Assembly: GCA_964435395.1 (NCBI GenBank)
Contig: CAYSYI010000001.1
Coordinates: forward strand, 42,516 to 106,515
Source of the DNA: an uncultured Isosphaeraceae bacterium
GTDB lineage: Bacteria > Planctomycetota > Phycisphaerae > Phycisphaerales > SM1A02
Direction of reading: 5' to 3'
Length of the DNA stretch: 64,000 bases
Shown piece after piece: positions 63,547-64,000 of the stretch (positions within the stretch are counted from its first letter, which is position 1; each line of letters opens with the position of its first letter). Below the pieces are notes generated by a model. That model was not told where the DNA came from and did not search any database. It was given only the letters and a program-made list of their open reading frames with translations. The position numbers and the translations under genes were made by a program.

Positions 63547-64000
63547 TTATATTCTCCACGCGCTGCTTGCCCACGTAAGCCCACCGCCAAAAGCGAGAAG
63601 CACGATGACATCGCCGCGATTAATTTTTCCATCTTGCCAAAGTTGGTCGAAGCAAAGCGCGGCTGCGCCTGCGGAACTGTTTCCAAAATGACTTATGTTT
63701 TTATAGACCTTGTCGTCTTCAAGACCAAGTTTTTTCTGTGCTGACTCAATGATGCGCATGTTTGATTGGTGACAAATAAACTGGCTGACATCATCTGGAG
63801 TCAAGCCTGTTTCTTCAAGCAACGTTTCGGCAATTTGCTGGAATGTCGTCACGGCAAATTTATAGACTTCTTTGCCACGCATGCGTAAATTGCCCATTGT
63901 TGTTGTGGCAGTGTCACCTTCAACAACTTCTTCTTCGCACGATGGGATGTACAACGCTGGCCACGGTTCGCCATCCGCGTGCATGGTTTGATAAAAACAT
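63547..64000 (-). CDS. fabH: beta-ketoacyl-ACP synthase III, C-terminal part (gene continues past the right edge)
   Basis: MRGKEVYKFAV, ICHQSNMRII, GNSSAGAAAL and LLAFGGGLTWAS motifs. Confidence 0.9.
   Translation of the reverse strand, partial: CFYQTMHADGEPWPALYIPSCEEEVVEGDTATTTMGNLRMRGKEVYKFAVTTFQQIAETLLEETGLTPDDVSQFICHQSNMRIIESAQKKLGLEDDKVYKNISHFGNSSAGAAALCFDQLWQDGKINRGDVIVLLAFGGGLTWASSAWRI

Overview
Gene-dense 64-kb chromosomal window with about 67 CDS and 3 tRNAs. I saw no rRNA, CRISPR, transposase, integrase or phage genes. Most of it is housekeeping: tatA, mltA, a UbiD-family decarboxylase, proC, accA, lspA, truB, lpxB, aspS, trxB, ald, nadK, serS, tilS, a dapF-like gene, csrA, mraZ, aroB and a fabH-fabD-fabG-acpP-fabF cluster. 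Accessory-looking blocks are interspersed. The gene mix suggests a marine Planctomycetota-like genome (dockerin-like C-terminal repeats, a PEP-CTERM protein, a lysine-rich DksA fusion, an orphan mraZ); this is inference only. Observations that most deserve follow-up: (1) a tightly overlapping six-gene operon at 51615-56640 encoding a ParA-like ATPase, a P-loop-less ParA-like partner, a DUF2752 membrane protein, two paralogous lipoproteins and a GT-B-like protein, with no described function. (2) A five-gene secreted island at 341-9521 with two di-haem enzymes and three beta-propeller proteins; three of the products share a twin dockerin-like module. (3) A dispersed intergenic motif family (GGGTCTGACCC / GGGTCTGTCCC), usually just 3' of genes in sense orientation, locally expanded into a perfect 116-bp tandem duplication and a 12-nt array. 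(4) An orphan mraZ with three phased TGGGG boxes, a translationally coupled 57-codon ORF and tandem terminators. (5) A structured, GGA-containing 3' region next to csrA. (6) Catalytic Cys-to-Ser replacements in a DapF-like and an AsnB-like protein. CDS coordinates come from the supplied ORF track, with starts refined by codon arithmetic. Hand-located RNA, repeat and hairpin coordinates may be off by 1-2 nt. All family assignments are motif recognition by eye; no searches were run.
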